Shown here: one piece after another, positions 62,454 through 64,000 of the stretch
Numbering within the stretch: position 1 is the stretch's first letter
Layout: each line of letters opens with the position of its first letter
Assembly (NCBI GenBank): GCA_035279425.1
Contig: DATEHT010000030.1
Location: 153,917-217,916, forward strand
DNA from: Terriglobales bacterium
GTDB taxonomy: Bacteria; Acidobacteriota; Terriglobia; Terriglobales; Acidobacteriaceae
DNA: 64,000 nucleotides
Direction of reading: 5' to 3'
Made by a program: the position numbers and the translations under genes
The notes under the pieces: generated by a model
What the model was told of the DNA's origin: nothing
What the model saw: the letters and a program-made list of their open reading frames with translations, nothing else
Database searches by the model: none

Positions 62454-63944
62454 CTACAGCCGCACGCAAACTGCCTTCGTTTGCGTGTAGTTGTTTAACA
62501 CCTCGTGGCCCATTTCGCGGCCCCAACCCGATTGCTTGTAGCCTCCGAAAGGTAGGGCAGCGTCGAACACGTTGTAGCAGTTCACCCACACAGTGCCTGC
62601 TTGAAGGTGTTCGGCCACGCGATGGGCTTTGCTGATGTCGCGCGTCCAAACGCCCGCTGCCAGGCCATAGACATTGTCATTGGCGCGTGGGAGAATTTCT
62701 TCGGGATCGCTGAACGGCATTGCCGTAACGACCGGTCCGAAAATTTCCTCTTGTACGACTTTCATGTCTTCTCTGGTGTTCACGAGCACAGTCGGTTCGA
62801 CAAAATAGCCCTTGTCACCCTTTTTCTGACCGCCTGCGACGGCCTTTGCGCCCTGAGAAAATCCGGACTCCAGATATCCGCAGACTCGGTTCATTTGTTC
62901 TTCGGAGACCAATGGCCCCATCTGAGTATTTGAATCGAGACCCGGACCAACCCGGATTTTCTTCGCGCGTTCCGACACCCCATCGACCACTTTGTCGAAG
63001 ACCTCTTTTTCGACGTAAAGACGCGAACCTGCACAGCAACACTGCCCGTGGTTAAAGAAGATTGCGCTGGCGGCGCCACCGATGGCTGTGTCCATATCAG
63101 CATCTTTAAACACAACATTCGGAGACTTGCCGCCGAGCTCAAGCGAAACCCGCTTCAAGTTTCCGGTCGCGGCATGAACGATCAGCTTGCCTACTTCGGT
63201 CGAGCCGGTGAAGGCGACCTTGTCGACGTCCATGTGCGCGGCGAGCGCGGCCCCAGCAGTTTCGCCATAACCCGGGACGATGTTGACAACGCCTTCGGGG
63301 AATCCGGCTTCGACTATCAACTCGCCAAGTCTTAGGGCCGACAGCGGAGTTTGCTCCGCCGGCTTAAGAATAACGGTGCATCCGCTGGCGAGCGCGGGAC
63401 CCAGTTTCCAGGCGGCCATCAGCAAGGGAAAATTCCAAGGAATAATTTGTCCGACGACGCCTACGGGTTCGCGAAGCGTGTAGGCGAGAAATTGTCCGCC
63501 GGAGGAAATTGGAATCGTGTTGCCTTCGATTTTTGTTGCCCATCCGGCCATGTAGCGGAAGAGATCCACTGCCAGCGGAACGTCAGCGACGCGGGCGACG
63601 GTCAGCGGCTTTCCGTTATCGAGCGATTCGAGATATGCGAACTCTTCGAGGTGTTGCTCGAGCAAGTCGGACAACTTCCACATCAGACGGCCGCGCTCTG
63701 AAGGCGTCATTTTTCGCCACGGCCCTTCACTGAATGCTTTTCGCGCAGCCTTCACGGCAAGGTCGATATCGGCGCGATCGCCTTCTGCAATCTGCGCCAG
63801 TACTTCTCCAGTCGAAGGATCATAAGTGGGAAAAGTCTTACCCGAAACGGCATCCACCCATTTGTTGTTAATGAGCATCTTGCGCGGTTTCTCAATGAAA
63901 CTGACTACGCGAGGATCAACTTGTGTCGCGGAAATTGTGGCCAT
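62454..63944 (-). CDS. NAD(P)-dependent aldehyde dehydrogenase
   Basis: ATG 63944 is preceded by AGGAGG. FTGSTEVGK, LELGGKSPNVVF, catalytic Cys context FFNHGQCCCAGSRL, and EEIFGPV. Confidence 0.93.
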   Translation of the reverse strand: MATISATQVDPRVVSFIEKPRKMLINNKWVDAVSGKTFPTYDPSTGEVLAQIAEGDRADIDLAVKAARKAFSEGPWRKMTPSERGRLMWKLSDLLEQHLEEFAYLESLDNGKPLTVARVADVPLAVDLFRYMAGWATKIEGNTIPISSGGQFLAYTLREPVGVVGQIIPWNFPLLMAAWKLGPALASGCTVILKPAEQTPLSALRLGELIVEAGFPEGVVNIVPGYGETAGAALAAHMDVDKVAFTGSTEVGKLIVHAATGNLKRVSLELGGKSPNVVFKDADMDTAIGGAASAIFFNHGQCCCAGSRLYVEKEVFDKVVDGVSERAKKIRVGPGLDSNTQMGPLVSEEQMNRVCGYLESGFSQGAKAVAGGQKKGDKGYFVEPTVLVNTREDMKVVQEEIFGPVVTAMPFSDPEEILPRANDNVYGLAAGVWTRDISKAHRVAEHLQAGTVWVNCYNVFDAALPFGGYKQSGWGREMGHEVLNNYTQTKAVCVRL

Positions 63945-64000
63945 AGAACCCTCCTGTTCAGTGCTGAAATAAAGACTGTTGGTGAGCACGCCTGAATTTG

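Overview
This is a 64-kb chromosomal segment, densely coding on both strands, with about 50 credible CDS. The protein repertoire looks like Acidobacteriota (Terriglobia-like): two ~1,180-aa TonB-dependent receptors with carboxypeptidase-regulatory-like N-termini, a CRTAC1/ASPIC-UnbV protein, PadR, and Tat-signal glycoside hydrolases. I found no rRNA, tRNA, CRISPR array, transposase or integrase.

Layout:
- 1-20 kb is mostly housekeeping: tandem-PDZ protein, GH16 lipoprotein, recG, selA, DUF488, acpS, a membrane spermidine-synthase-like protein, MlaD, a double-length ThyX-like protein, a small c-type cytochrome, HU, a PadR plus membrane partner, IHF-like, sppA and a lipid kinase.
- 20-28 kb is a TonB receptor / TPR / CRTAC1 / M28 peptidase cluster of unknown substrate, with a divergent GntR(HutC) regulator.
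- 30-56 kb is a pectin (rhamnogalacturonan-I) and L-rhamnose utilisation supercluster. It holds a PL4-like lyase, an IolB/KduI-type isomerase, two GH28, a GH105, a GH106-like enzyme, DUF4861, a second TonB receptor, two regulators, and the operon rhaI / fatty-acid-hydroxylase-family gene / rhaB / rhaEW / rhaT.
- 55.6-64 kb is an RND efflux operon (OMF-MFP-RND plus a small secreted protein) and an aldehyde dehydrogenase.

Most interesting observations:
1. An ~825-bp ORF-free gap (13.64-14.46 kb) looks like a promoter-to-terminator unit for a ~380-nt GC-rich structured RNA. It has GNRA-capped hairpins and two interleaved long-range helices, and I cannot assign it to a known family.
2. A membrane di-iron oxygenase gene is translationally coupled (TAATG overlap) inside the rhamnose operon.
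3. A chimeric IclR-HTH / sugar-binding-domain regulator sits beside that operon.
4. The DUF488 gene just downstream of selA has its conserved N-terminus upstream of any canonical start codon and directly after an in-frame TGA.
5. There are two unusual intergenic repeat structures: a heptad-built 30-bp inverted repeat before recG, and a 90-bp-period tandem repeat (87-bp units) that copies a gene's 3' end.

All family calls come from motif recognition by eye. No searches or folding programs were run.
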